The notes below the pieces were generated by a model. That model was not told where the DNA came from, did not search any database, and saw nothing but the letters and a program-made list of their open reading frames with translations. The translations under genes were made by a program, and so were the position numbers. This document shows positions 1 through 13,200 of a stretch of DNA of 64,000 nucleotides, piece by piece. Within the stretch, counting starts at the first letter, position 1. Each line of letters begins with the position of its first letter. This DNA is from Eledone cirrhosa (lineage: Eukaryota): NCBI GenBank assembly GCA_964016885.1, contig OZ024743.1:109368001-109432000 (forward strand). The letters run 5' to 3'.

Positions 1-579
1 GTATGACAATATTTGTTTTGACACACGATTTCATATAAAAAACCTGGCAAAAGAAATACACTCACACATACACACACACACATATATATATATATATATC
101 ACATATATGTATATACGTATATATACTTATATTTAAGTAACAGCGGTACTAATAGTGAGAAATGAAATTTCGTTTCATTTTTTCCATTTATCGTTTTCTG
201 TGCGCCCGGCCGATTAACTCACTCGATAAGCAAATTAGGCTGCTCATCCGTTAATATGCATAAGGAAAGTATATACTTTCAGACGTTCAATCATGTGGCA
301 GGAAGGTATACGGTGCTGAGGATAGCTAATAAACTTGAAACTAGTACAGCGTTCCTTTGTCAGTGTTGAACAAAAGGGCAACGATGGTTGCTAAACACTG
401 TACTGCTTAATTATGGAGGTTTGTTTACAAACAAACCGAGCATTATAATAAATATTCGGTAAATCCATACGTACATATATATATATATATATATGTGCAT
501 GTATGTATATATATATATACATACTACTGTACGTCTGTATACATATATGTATGTACGTATACATACTTATATTTGTATA

Positions 580-632
<53 letters not shown>

Positions 633-633
633 T

Positions 634-684
<51 letters not shown>

Positions 685-1121
685 AATATATCTCCATTTG
701 AGATGGAGTTATACGTTATAAAAATAGATGTGGCGCAAACAGATTCTTTTTATATGAACAAAATGGTAATTATGTTGTGTAGAACCATTACTTCTAAATG
801 TGTAATATCTAGCTACTGAAATCTCGAGGGCTTATAAATGTAGGATGTGATATCCATTTACTCGATTCACTTATATGCCGAAATATTTATAGAATCTTAA
901 TGTAAGTCCAAAGCTCTGTAGTTAGTATATACTAAAAATACATGACGCCAAATCAACAGTCAGGTTTATTGGAAGGTGTCATTAATGGTACAATTAGACA
1001 AATCTATTCATTAATCATATGAAATATATACAGTCACAAAATATAATAATTTTTATGTTAAAATATATATTTCTAACATTAACTTTGAAACATACTTGCA
1101 CATACACAAACACACACACAG

Positions 1122-1167
<46 letters not shown>

Positions 1168-1531
1168 GTTTATATATAATCGCTTTGAGATTCATATTGC
1201 CCTTCATTCTTCATGCCAATTAGTCAATTGCGTTTTTTCTGTTTACGCACTTCGGTGCTTGTGAGTGTGAAAATAACACAATCACATACACAAGAGCAAT
1301 AATCTATATCAAGTAGACTTTGTTGAAGTCCGACGTATTCCATGGCTCTTTAGAAAAAGATTAGCATTTTAGATGTTGTTCCATGTTAATTTAATTTGTC
1401 TGCTAAAGGAATCTTTCGGTGTAATTGAAACCTGAGTTTTCTAGTTGCGTGGTTCTGTATTCTATGAAGCCTTCTATGTTCTATGAAGACATCAATGAAA
1501 TCTTCTATGCTATTCTAAATTTAAGACCCAG

Positions 1532-1760
1532 TTTTAAAATAATGTTTTCTGATATAGGCACAAGGCCATCTATTTTGGGGGAGGGGAAAATCGATTAAAT
1601 CGACCCCAGTGCGTGACTGGTTCTTTATTTTATCGACCCCGTATGGTTGAAAGGCAAAGTAAACCTTAGCGGGATTCGAAATCAGATCATAACGGGTCGT
1701 AACTCTATGCTGCAAAGCATGGCGTCCGACCCTCTACCATTACTGCCAATCGACCGCCCT
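1532..1760 (-). mobile_element. tRNA-derived SINE, copy 1 (longer 3' variant)
   Basis: Minus strand shows A-box-like TGGCAGTAATGG, B-box-like GATTTCGAATCC, the GCCTTTCA..GGGGTCGATAAAATAAAG body and a GGCCTTGTGCC..AGAAAACATTATT end shared with seven other copies in the window. Confidence 0.85.
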
Positions 1761-1770
1761 AGCCAATTTT

Positions 1771-1963
1771 AAAATAATTGTTTCTACTTTAGGCACAAGG
1801 CCAGCAAATACCCAGTGCATTACTGCTACTTTATTTTATCGACCCCGTAAGGATGAAAGGCAAAGTCAACCCCGGCGGGATTTGAACTCAGATTGTAAAG
1901 GGACGTAACTATGCTGGAAAGCATGGTGTCTGACCCTCTACCGATACTGCCAAACCACCGCCC
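1771..1963 (-). mobile_element. tRNA-derived SINE, copy 2 (tandem with copy 1)
   Basis: A box TGGCAGTATCGG, B box GAGTTCAAATCC and the same body; TTTTAAAATAAT occurs on both sides. Confidence 0.9.
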
Positions 1964-2564
1964 TTTTTAAAATAATGATACTCCATTGTAACACACTTTA
2001 CCGGAGTAAAATCTATAGAAACATGGTACTAATTCATTTTCTGTTTTAAATGAATTTAATTTTAATTATATATTCATAAAAATAAAATGTAATATTATAT
2101 GAAATGACCAATATATTTTCATAAATGAGACTACGTCATTTGCATCATAATTTATCTATAACAAATTGTCTAAAAAAATGTGTAATTTAATGAAAGTTTA
2201 AAATGAATTAATGGTGAAATACATACGCACTACGCAATATAATAAACATAATACATATAATGTGATAAACACTTAAATTATAATTATGAGAAGCGAATGA
2301 TCAAACCAAGGATAACTAAATATCTAAGGATAGAGTTATTTTATATCCATGATTTATGAAATACAAACTTAATGATTGATGTAAAAGGATATATGAAATA
2401 ACATTAAAGGAAACTGTAAAAACGCAATGCATTTGGTAAGTAATCTATACAATTATTTTAGAAATAAATTATATCGTACCACGGTACGTATATATTCACA
2501 TCATCTTACATATATGATATAAATATATATAAATCAATAGGAATGAATTTCTGAGCAGGGCATT

Positions 2565-3030
2565 CTCATATGAGTGGGGTTCCATTGAAACAGGAAGAAA
2601 GGTTCAAGTATCTCTGCTCGGTTTTCACGAGTGATGGTAGTCATGCGGCTGAATGAAATGCAAGAATTGCAGGAATTGGGGCAGTACTACGCCAGCTTCT
2701 GCAATCATTAATCACAAGACTGTAGGTGTAAAAGCCAAACTCGCTATATTCAAATCGATATTTTTTGCCAATCTAAGGAACATACTCGAAGAATCCGATC
2801 GCAAATACAAGCAGCTGAAATGGGATTCCTCCGTAGGGTTGATGGAGAAACGTTACTCAATCGAGTGCGTACCTCTCAGTGTCGTTCGGGGAAGAAACGC
2901 TACTTTATCGAATTGAGAAATCACAGCTCCGATATAACAAGCATTCTATTATAATGTATTAGGAAAGAATCGAAGGACGGATTTTACTGGCAAAACCGAC
3001 CGACTGGAGAGCCAAGCGTAGACTACGAGC
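2565..3030 (+). pseudogene. Degraded RTE-clade LINE, C-terminal RT/thumb fragment
   Basis: Frameshifted peptides GVPLKQEERFKYLCSVFTSDG, KAKLAIFKSIF, QIQAAEMGFLRR and RIEKSQLR match the RTE ORF C-terminal pattern. Confidence 0.75.
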
Positions 3031-3770
3031 AAAAGATAAATAATCATAATTTATTTGTTTGTTAATTTTTATTCGGTTAACAACCGATGTAAATATAGTT
3101 TCATGGTTTCTAGGCTAGTATTTTTAATATCTCATTAGAAATAATTGCAGAACACTATCTCTGCGATATTTGTAACCCTCTATTAATTAATTTGCAATAT
3201 TCTAAGGTTACGTAACATTCTGATGTGGAAGATTAGTATGTAATAGAATTTACTTATGATATTTAGATCTATTTTGGAAAGGTTAATTGAAGGGTGAATG
3301 CAAAGTTCATTTTATGGCTCGTAAATGTAACATATTGTTTGGGGGTTGTTAGTGTTTTTCTGTATAATCTATATCTAACATGTAGTTTATATCAGTGGAG
3401 ACGAACTACTTTGATTTTTCTAAATATATTATTTATTGCTGTTATGTTTGCTTGTTTTAATCTGGAGTAAGTTTGCTTGTTTATCTTATATAATTTCCTT
3501 ATTTTATCAGGAATAGTAAAGACGTTGTGATTTCATTCTAAATTTATGATTTTCTACGTAAGATTTTTCTCACTAAGACTGATGTGTCTTCTAGTTTTCA
3601 AAGTTTTGATCAAGTAAACTATGACAACACCGAAGTATCTAATAAATTATATATGGCTTTAAAGCGATTGCTATAGAATAATAAATGTTATCTCAAAATA
3701 ATGGGAGGGAAACTTGAAGGTTGTTCATTTACACACACACACACACACTACATTATATATATATATATAT

Positions 3771-4791
3771 ATCCCTACACGCAAACGTATAGGGACACAT
3801 GCCGATGTGGTTCAACAATGGCAGGTTAATAAATTAACGAGCCAGAACATATATAATCAAGGTTTAGCAAATAAGAAAAAGTTTCAAAATAAATTTCAAA
3901 AAATTCACTGTACTTACTATGGTTACCTTTACCGAAGCGGTTTCGAGTCTCACAAATAAATGCATAATCCTCGTGGGCCTGCATTGAAAATATAAACTCT
4001 CGTCAGAAGGTTCTTTTCACTCGGAGAATATACAATTCCCGAGTTCGAATTACGAACTGGCGATATTCAAAATTGTTCCCGACATGAGAATGAATGATGT
4101 GGAAGCACTTCTGTCCAGTGCCGTGTGCAAAGATAGAAGGCAGAGGGAGGAAAGTCAATCTACTACCATTACAAATAGCAGTACTCAAAACAACCAAATT
4201 TTATCTCGACCAGGAGGAGATTAATAATAATAAAGTATATATCCCTACACGCAAAAAACGTATAGGGACACATGGATTATCCAACCATATGCCAATATGG
4301 TTCAATGGCAGGTTAATAAATTAACGAGCCAGAACATATATAATCAAGGTTTAGCAAATAAGAAAAAGTTTCAAAATAAATTTCAAAAAATTCACTGTAC
4401 TTACTATGGTTACCTTTACTGAAACAGTTTCGAGTCTCAAAAATAAATGGATAGTCCTTGCGGGCCTCCATTGAAAAGATAAACTCTCTTCAGAAGGTTC
4501 TTTTCACTCGGAGAATATAAAATTCCGAGTTCGGATTACGAACTGGCTCTATTCAAAATTGTTCCCGAGATGAGAATGAATGATGTCTCGGGAACAATTT
4601 TAAATAGCGCCAGTTCGTAATCCGAACTCGGAATTTTATATTCTCCGAGTGAAAAGAACCTTCAATGGAGGCCCGCAAGGACTATCCATTTATTTTTGAG
4701 ACTCGAAACTGTTTTGGTAAAGGTAACCATAGTAAGTACAGTGAATTTTTTGAAATTTATTTTGAAACTTTTTCTTATTTGCTAAACCTTG

Positions 4792-4797
<6 letters not shown>
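3771..4797 (-). mobile_element. PLE pLTR-like element: ~470-bp tandem duplication plus terminal fold-back, bounded by (TA)n
   Basis: 3771-4100 repeats at 4241-4585. 4336-4570 is inverted at 4586-4797 with a 15-nt spacer. TA arrays lie at both ends. Minus strand has CTGACGA/CTGAAGA half-hammerhead motifs. Confidence 0.7.
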
Positions 4798-4839
<42 letters not shown>

Positions 4840-4842
<3 letters not shown>

Positions 4843-5448
4843 TGGCTGCCAACTCGTTTTCGAGTACGGCCACTCCTTTATATCCATGTAGGAGAACCTA
4901 TACCGATGCGCTGAACGAATGTGACTTTTTAGTCCAGCCAGCGACTTGAAAACTCTAGTACAAACACTACACTTGTGACAATTATTGACACATAGTGCTG
5001 GGCCCATGGTACCATGTGAGGACAAGTGCAGAGAGATCTCCAGATGTAAAGCAATGCCTGTGCCGTGAAGCTTTTATAGTGAGCAAAGGCACTGCACAAA
5101 GCCAGTCCCACTCTCTTAACCAAGATGATATTTACCAAAAAGAAGAACAAGTCAACATCATTGGATACCATCAGGGTTGCAGGTGTTATATCAGAGTTTT
5201 CCTTCTCCTAGAATTCTGCCTTGAGAAAGGCTAAGGGGTCATCTCTCCCGGTGATTTTGGATGGCCATTGACTCTTAAGAGCTCCTTTGCCCTTTGACAG
5301 GTTTTGTTTTTAGTCCTGCAGGATGTCCAAAGTCACCCTCCTCACCAAGAAACCTTGGTGGACTTGCCAGTTTAGTCGCCAACGACCCGACCATGAGACA
5401 GGTTGTACTGGGATACATGTTACCAGTAGCACCAACTGGTGACCTGAC
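4840..5448 (-). mobile_element. Internally deleted RTE derivative (5' UTR joined to C2H2 3' end)
   Basis: Minus strand has the RTE 5'-UTR motif CTAGGAGAAGGAAAACTCTGA followed by CSVCTRVFKSLAGLKSHIRSAH, like the C-terminal finger of the RTE at 20 kb. (TA)n on both sides. Confidence 0.7.
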
Positions 5449-5487
<39 letters not shown>

Positions 5488-5779
5488 GATAGATAATATA
5501 TAAGATCAAAAGATGGTTAAAAGAGTTCTATGTATTTTATTATGCGCATTTCAAAAACAAACATCACCATGCAATAGTATTTGTGTTTTCATCAGATAAA
5601 ATAGGAAGGCATGATATGAAGGTTAAAGAAAAACTTGTGGATAGTGCAGTTTTAAATCAACATATCTTTTAACCATCTGTTGATCTTATATATTATGTAT
5701 ACTCCAGTCCTACACACTGTAGAGTGCTTCTTATCCGATATCTGCATTGCTTTATTGTACTAATATAAAACTCACCTCC

Positions 5780-5836
<57 letters not shown>

Positions 5837-5840
<4 letters not shown>

Positions 5841-6200
5841 GAAGAAATAACACAAACGCAGCGATGCAAAAACAGAAAGTGTTATTAGGATCACGCTGTG
5901 GGCGAAGTAAGGGAGGGCTCGACGCTTCGGATGGAAGACCAGCTTCATGAAATAGAAAGTTCGGGTAATAAGAAAACAGCTAGATACTTCAAATTTTTAA
6001 AAGAGGTTGTGTTGATATTTTGGGGAGGTAAGCAAGCGGATCGTCATTGAAGGATTGGGACCCTTTGTGTGTGTGTGTAATAGCTACGGAAGAGAGGGTT
6101 TCTGAGGTAGCGTGCGGGCTTGAAGGAGGGGAGGTTTGGTTGGCAGAAATGAAGGTGGATCAGGTCATTCCACTTACTTGACCTTGATGCAATAACCAAA
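5837..6200 (-). mobile_element. Possible decayed pLTR-like element ending in (TA)n
   Basis: Minus strand ATGAAGC-tggtcttccatcc-GAAG-cg-TC-gagcc resembles a degenerate minimal hammerhead about 80 nt before the TA array. Confidence 0.3.
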
Positions 6201-6599
6201 ATCACTCAACGTTATGCAAATCATCAATCGTACGTGTGATTTCACGTGGTAGGATTCGTGGGGCTCGTGTTAAGCCCATGCTATTGAATTATTTCGCAAT
6301 ATAAACCTATACATGTGCAAGCGAACAGGTTTGACAACCAGTTACTTAACCTTCAATTAATAAATGATTTATTTTAAACTAATCCCTTATATTAGAATTA
6401 GAATTATCCACTTTCCATAACGTTAAACTTATCCTACGTTTCACAACATTTTATCAGCTTTTCTTTTGCTTTTCATAAATCATTTGCCGTCGAAATTACT
6501 CATAATTATTTACAAGCGGTTTCTCTTTATTTATAATCCTTTAATTTTTCATAACGCTTTACACCAATAATGTGTATTTCCTTTAAGCGATTCACAGTC

Positions 6600-7800
6600 A
6601 CAACACGCTGGTTTTAGCCATATTTACCGCCACTTGATATATTTAAATGATACAACAACAGCTACTAAGCCAGCAGCACCTGCCACAGTTTGACCAAGTC
6701 AACAACAACCCTCCTTCACATTCCATATTTCCAAATCTGCTACTTTCTTAAATTACCAACTGAATATGAGAGATTATTACAATACTAGATGCATTGATTA
6801 TGTTACGCCAGGAACAAAAGAACAACACAAACGTTCTCGGACATCGCAGACGTAAATAAGAAATAAATGTTTGTATTAACACTGGAAAACAAACGCGCTG
6901 AATAATAAAATTCTAAGACGGAAGACATCAATGAGGGAGTCACCCTAAATAGTAGGAGACAAGTTAAAAAAGAAAATGGTCTTGTACCAAATTGGGTGCC
7001 TACTGACAAGTCGAGCCGAATCGGCCACAAGTGCTTGTGTGGAAATGTGCGGCAAGAGATATTGCTGGATGTACCTCAGCGTCGAAATCCTTTTCAAAAT
7101 AATTTGCACAAAATAGTCGGTGAACCCCATGGAATGAGTAGTTTGTACTATCCAATCTATCTTTCAAGGATGATTGTCAGGCTGAGAATAAAAGATATTA
7201 CGCCAGGCATGGCCATGTTGTGCATTGTGTGCTGCGTTTTGCTTGGAGAACCGGATAAACACATAAAGTCAAACTCAGTGAAAGAAAAGAAAATGTTCAC
7301 AGATAACTTTGGAGATTCCAGCTGAAATAGAAAACATCCCGGACCAAATTCAGTTGTCCATCAGAATAGTGCACCAAATAAATATAAAAAGGCAAAAGTA
7401 AAGAAATTCATCTATCGACAAGCATCCTTCCCGCAAATAGCAGAAAACCAGATGGCACCGCTACTACCAATACCTAGGCCCCAACAAAAGCAACAACAGT
7501 ATGCCAGAAATGCTGCAAGCAAATTACTACGGCTGAAAACCCAACAAGACCTGCAGCGCCAATGACAACAATAGTAGCTGAGAAAATTACATCACCAACA
7601 GAAGCAGCAGAAGCAATACCATCAGAAATAACAACAGCACCAACGCCTGTGGAAGACATGCCTCTCTCCGACGTTACACATATAGATACGGATCGTCACG
7701 AGGGTAAAGAGTGCCAAGCCATCTGCCACAAGAAGGAAAATGAATGAAAATATTCTTTGTCCTTTCTCTAAAAAAAATTGTAGGAAAAAGAAACATCTAA
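6600..7800 (+). pseudogene. Possible decayed LINE ORF1 remnant next to the Helitron 3' end
   Basis: Coding-like purine-rich composition, a Cys/His patch near 7220-7275 and a T/A/P/E-rich tract (7562-7747), similar in character to the Tx1 ORF1 at 27-28 kb. No decisive motif. Confidence 0.3.
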
Positions 7801-8565
7801 ACTATTTAGAAATATCTATTTTTGCAACATTAAAATTACTAGCTGACGTACCCAGCTTCGCCCGGGTAAACAGATAATAAGTGGAGACATATAAAAGAGA
7901 AAATGACGGTATTGGATGTTTGTCTGGTTACAGTATGAGGCGAGTCCGTGGTGTCTGTGTGATACCAAAAGCAGTAAAAAAAATCTTCCAGATTTACCAG
8001 ATTCTTCGTTGTACCGTGTGTGCATAGTATATGAACAATTCTAGGTGTTCCTACCTAGAATAGTGACCTCTAGGAGATGGTTCATCTTCTGTCTGACTGT
8101 AAAACGTGTATCATTGCATATACGTGGTTGTTCCACGTTTCACAAAAGGATGATGGAAGTTCCAATCTTTTATATTATATGTAGATATAGATATAGATAA
8201 TTAATATACAAATTGTTCGTCCCTATTTACTTGAAATGGTTTATACAAATGCCAAATTAATATGGATATGGATAGCATGCTTATCTATATGTGGTCAGCT
8301 ATAATAATAAAATAACAAATTATATGACACAAAAATGTATTCAGTTATTTCCAGGCTCTTAGCCACTGAGTAATAGACAGTCAATTTTTGCCCGAGTTCA
8401 ACTCGGGGAGGTGGCCTGGTTTGAACTCCAAATGGCGGATCCTTCTACTTCGAAAATAGAATCGTTTTTCAATATTACTCTAGCCCTGGCTGGCCATAGG
8501 CACCACACTTTTTGCCCGACTCAGCATATGATGAGGTTTTACCACCGCTTTCAGAAGCGATAAAT

Positions 8566-8905
8566 TTGAAGGCAATTTCTACCAATACATGTTGGTTTTT
8601 ATTGCTCATTATCGACAATAAATTACATTGAACAGAAATGATAACTCTGTCAAAGCTCACAATACTGATCAAAGGACACCAATGTCTGAATAATTTACGT
8701 CGAATATTCATAGCAGTGAAGGCAATTTCTACCAATACTCGTTGGTATGTATTGCGCAACATAGCAGTGAAAGCAATTTTTTTACCAATACTTGTTTGCT
8801 TTTAATGCTCATAACGACATTAAATGACATTGAACATAAACGATAACTCTGTCAAAGCTCACAATACGGGTCAAAGGACACCAATGTCCGAATCATTTAC
8901 GTCGC
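8566..8905. repeat. Imperfect tandem duplications in the Helitron 3' UTR
   Basis: GAAGGCAATTTCTACCAATAC...GATAACTCTGTCAAAGCTCACAATAC...CAAAGGACACCAATGTC occurs twice, with a ~50-bp partial unit between. Confidence 0.85.
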
Positions 8906-8949
8906 TTGTTGATAGCATTAAAAATATGCATACATCAGCTCAAAGCTTC

Positions 8950-11900
8950 ATTATAGACAATATTCAGAGTTGTTCCTCTGTTAATGGTATCAATTGCAAA
9001 TGTTACACCATCAGGATCTCACACTCGAGATGCAGCAACATACAGTTGGCCATGGCTGAATGCTGGATCATTCAAATAGACACCGACTCGCTTTAAAGTC
9101 TGTCCCTGTGCCTTGTTGACAGTCATGGAGAAGGCCAAATTGACCGGATACTGTCTCCTTTGCCAAATGAATGGCAGCAGATCTTCACTTGGTCTCAGCA
9201 TGATCCTCGGAATGAGAACCGAGTCCTCTCTGCCTGAGAGTTTGGCTTGTAAAACTCTTCCGTTAATCAATCTCTCAACAATCAATCTGATTGTATGATT
9301 GATATTTCTAAGCAATATAATCGGCATACCCTTTTTCAACCTCAAAATATGTGGGGGATCCGGGTATTTGAAGTGAATTCAGATACTCAGTCGGAACATC
9401 CATATTGTTCTGCTGATTAGGCTCCATTGAATCCGCACTGACGGTCAACCATTCCTCTCCGGGAAACATTCCGGCTACTTGTAAATTTATTTGATCGACC
9501 GTTGCATTCGTATGAGTTAGAATAATGCGTTCCGATATCCAGGAGATATTCTGCCAAAAAGCATTCAAATTAGGGAACACCCAGTCGATCAATGCTTGGC
9601 GGTCCAGTGGCATGACCAAATGGTCTGGGATTCTTACAGTCTGATTATCACCAACGTGTGGCAATTCATCATTTCCAAACTGCATCAACCATCGGCCGTA
9701 TGTCTCAGCCTCTTCGTTTTGCCCGAACATACGAAGTCGCATATTATCCTGTAATCGCAAAACTCTGAAATGGCGCCACAACGGTGACTTTTTCAGATAT
9801 GCATCGACAATTTGCACTCTTTCAGCATTCCTAGAAATTGGTAGCACCTGTCTGAAATCGCCACCAAGAACGATAGTCTTACCATCGAATGGCAGGTCAC
9901 TACAACAGACATCTCTCAAAGTTCTGTCCAATGCCTCCAGCAAATATATGTGTACCAATGGAGCCTTGAAGCATGAGTGGAAGGTCCTTCCACCACTCAG
10001 CAAAGTGGCAGCGATCCCACTGGTGGCCACAGGGAGAGCAATCTTCCTCTGAGCTCTGACTGCCGATAACATAGTGTTGAAACTGAATGTCTTTCCGGTA
10101 CCTTCTGGATCATCTATGAAAGAACAAAGTTGCTCATTAGTGGAAATCGAGTGGAGAACGCGATCGACCAATTCTTTCTGAGATTGGGTCAACATTGGCA
10201 TACGTTCATCCAAAATACGTTGCTGTTCCAGTGGATCAAACTGGAATTGTTCCCTCCGATCGAGTGGCAACCGTCTAAACTGCAATCTCATGTTCATTGC
10301 TAAGCCACCTTGCCGCATTTCTTCATCAGGAATTGGGAAATTGAAATCTGTTAAACATTTGAAATGAACTTCAAGCAGTTGCTCAATATTGAGCAAAACA
10401 ATAGCTTTCATCAAATTTTCATCATCGACCTGAAGATGATGCCTAAAATCATCAGCCATAATTCCCCAATGGCGTTCAAATAACTCTCTTGGATCGGCAG
10501 GATTCCAGAATCTTAGAATCGTGACGAACAACTGCCTTATTTGGCATATGTGTTGTTCCTGCAGCTTCATGGCATTATTCCATTCCGCGTCATCCTGAAG
10601 GAGTCCCAGAAGCTGACGCACAGCCTGGTGTCTTTCATATTCCACGCCATTGATTGTTTTCAAATCAGCGAAGTATGTTTACCTCTCGAAAAATCACTAT
10701 GCAACAGAATTCGGAGATAAAATACATCACCAGATGCTGTATAGACATTACAAACCCGTCCAATAGTCATGAATCTCAACTTTTGTTTTCTATCATTCCA
10801 TTTTTTCCCTTCTTATCCCACGTATAGTGCGAAGGGAAATCGCAGTAGAGATGCCGTTGATCTGGGTTCAAAGCTTGTTCCCTATTATGCTTGAACCACT
10901 CAGTCAATTACGTCTTAGGAGGTGGTGCGTTAGCAATTCTTTCGATATATCTTCTAGTGTCCTGAAAACAGAGCATTTGCCTATTCTCTAAGTGAAGCGG
11001 CAGCTTCTGAACGCTGGGTTTGCGTTCATTGAGATCAAAGTCGAACAATCTCCAGCAAGCTTCGTTAGATCCAATCGAGCCAACATCCTGGAGCCTGCCA
11101 ACTTCATCTCCTTGGTTCGCTTCCTCAAACCTGACATTGATCATTGCTCGATCATGATCTTTGTAAACATATTTGAATAGATATTTTCAGGCTTTCACTG
11201 AGCTACAAATTTCCACATTAATATGACAACGATATTTCATAATCAAATATGGATCGTATGGCACAACCAATTGATTTGTAATCTGTCGACCGTTTACATT
11301 TTCGACCAAACCGCTATCTGCAGGCCACCGTCTTCTGTATGAGAGATGAGCATCCCCATCGTCCCAGGAAGTGTTCGTGACAAAAGATTTCGGAAACTGC
11401 TTACTGCATTGGCCATTTTTCATGCAAGGCGATTTCCGATTTACCACTCCGCATTGGTTGTGTACCATTGACTTTGCCACCAAGTTGCGTAGTGCCTCAT
11501 TCTCCGGCAGTTCAGCACACACAATGCTGTCGACATCCTCAGCACATCTCAATTTGCAATCTCTATGTAAAATGATCAGCAAATGTGCATGTGGCAATCC
11601 TCTTTTTTGGAATTCAATTACGTATGTGAAAGCAACTATACCTCCAAAGATTCCCTCTTTTTCCACATCATCCATTATCTTTTTCAGATATCCTTTGAAT
11701 ACTCTTACCATAATATCAGGACGGTCCTTTGGCTGTTGTCCTGGCAAAAGTGCATCCTTAATATCAGTCCATTCAGGATTGCATGTAACCGTTATATACA
11801 AATCTGGCTTTCCAAACTTTCTGCCAATAGCGAATGTTCATATATCTCGGGCCGCCGATGAACGACGATGGCAGAATGATGCGTCGACCAATTTGCTTGT

Positions 11901-13200
11901 AATTGGCATTATCGGCTGTTATCGCATCCTATATATTATTATACAATTCAGCTCTGATATGTTGCTGATGTGTAGTTATATAATTTAGCCTTTCATTTTC
12001 GATCTTTGCGAATGCTATGCAACAGTATTCCTGGAACAATCTGCTGGCTTGAAATAGAGCATGTCTCTGTTGATTACTTTCGTGCAAATGCAACGCTTAA
12101 AAGTCGCGAGAGGAATTATTGTGTCTATTGCCACCTCCCTGTTGATGCTGATTCTCATGATCATCTAAATGAACAGACATGTTCCATCAATTTTCACATT
12201 TTGGGAATAAAAGAACATAATTCAATGGATCATATGCCCTATTTGACTCATTGATAGTCTTTAGACCACCATCTCTGCGATTGAGGACGATATCTCTTAA
12301 TCCAGGCTTATCGTCCATCAACACAGCAACTTCACGAAATCCTTCAGGGGCAAATCACTTAACCTTTGCCGTTCAAGTTCAGTTATATTTCCCGGCAACT
12401 TCAACCAACCGATCCTGATAACCTCCTCCGATTCACTATAATCTGGATCGATAACGTAAATTTGAGCGAATCGAGGCCTCTCTCCTGGGGTAACTTCTAA
12501 TTTACCGATACAATGATACAAACGGCATTGAATGACTACATTCGGTTGCCATGCCCCACTCTCAAACATCTCACTAACTCTCTGCGATGCTAAAGCTAAT
12601 GAATTGTTAATTTGCCACGAATATTTGCGCAGTAATCTACCTCGGTCTCCTTGATCACCCACATACTTAGTATTTTAAACTCCGGTGACTCCTCATCATC
12701 CAGCATTCGCAAGGGTTCTAGTTGAACTGATCCTTTATGACAGCACATTGTAGTCCACGTCTTTTCGTGCCTACAAGGCAATGCTCCACAATGTGGACAC
12801 TCTGCTCGTCCACCAATCTGAAAATGTCACGGTTGCAATGATCCATTTCTAATATCATTCGTTCGCCTTCTAGCATCTTTACTGGAATGAGGAGCACTTT
12901 GGCGACACATTCTCTGAACTTCTGTATTGCGCTGGCGCTGTTCAGCCGGCTCCTCTTCATCCATTCTAGCACGCCGTTGCTGCTGAATTCTGGCCATCCG
13001 CTGATGATGCTCAGCCAGTTCGTCTTCAACCATCGCAGCACGCCGTCGCTGCTTGGCTCCAGTGCTTCGTTGGCGTTGTTCAGCCAGCTCCTCTTCATTC
13101 ATTTCGGCACGTCTTCGCCGCTGAAGATCGGCGTTCCGATGGCGCCGTTCGGCCCGTTTTACTTCATTGCTGGCTGCACGCCGTGTCCGCTGTAGTTCAT
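8950..13200 (-). pseudogene. Helitron Rep/Helicase (HUH Rep + Pif1-family SF1 helicase), disrupted
   Basis: YITVTCNPEW, YVIEFQKRGLPHAHLL (HUH), KYLFKY, GTGKTF, GGDFRQVLP, QYPVNLAFSMTVNKAQGQTL and FSHGQLYVAASRV; many stops and frameshifts. Confidence 0.95.

Noticed and set aside
11371-13195. Plus-strand ORFs of 100-205 aa over the Helitron (and similar ones over the LINEs)
   Set aside because: They are antisense shadows of the transposon coding frames.
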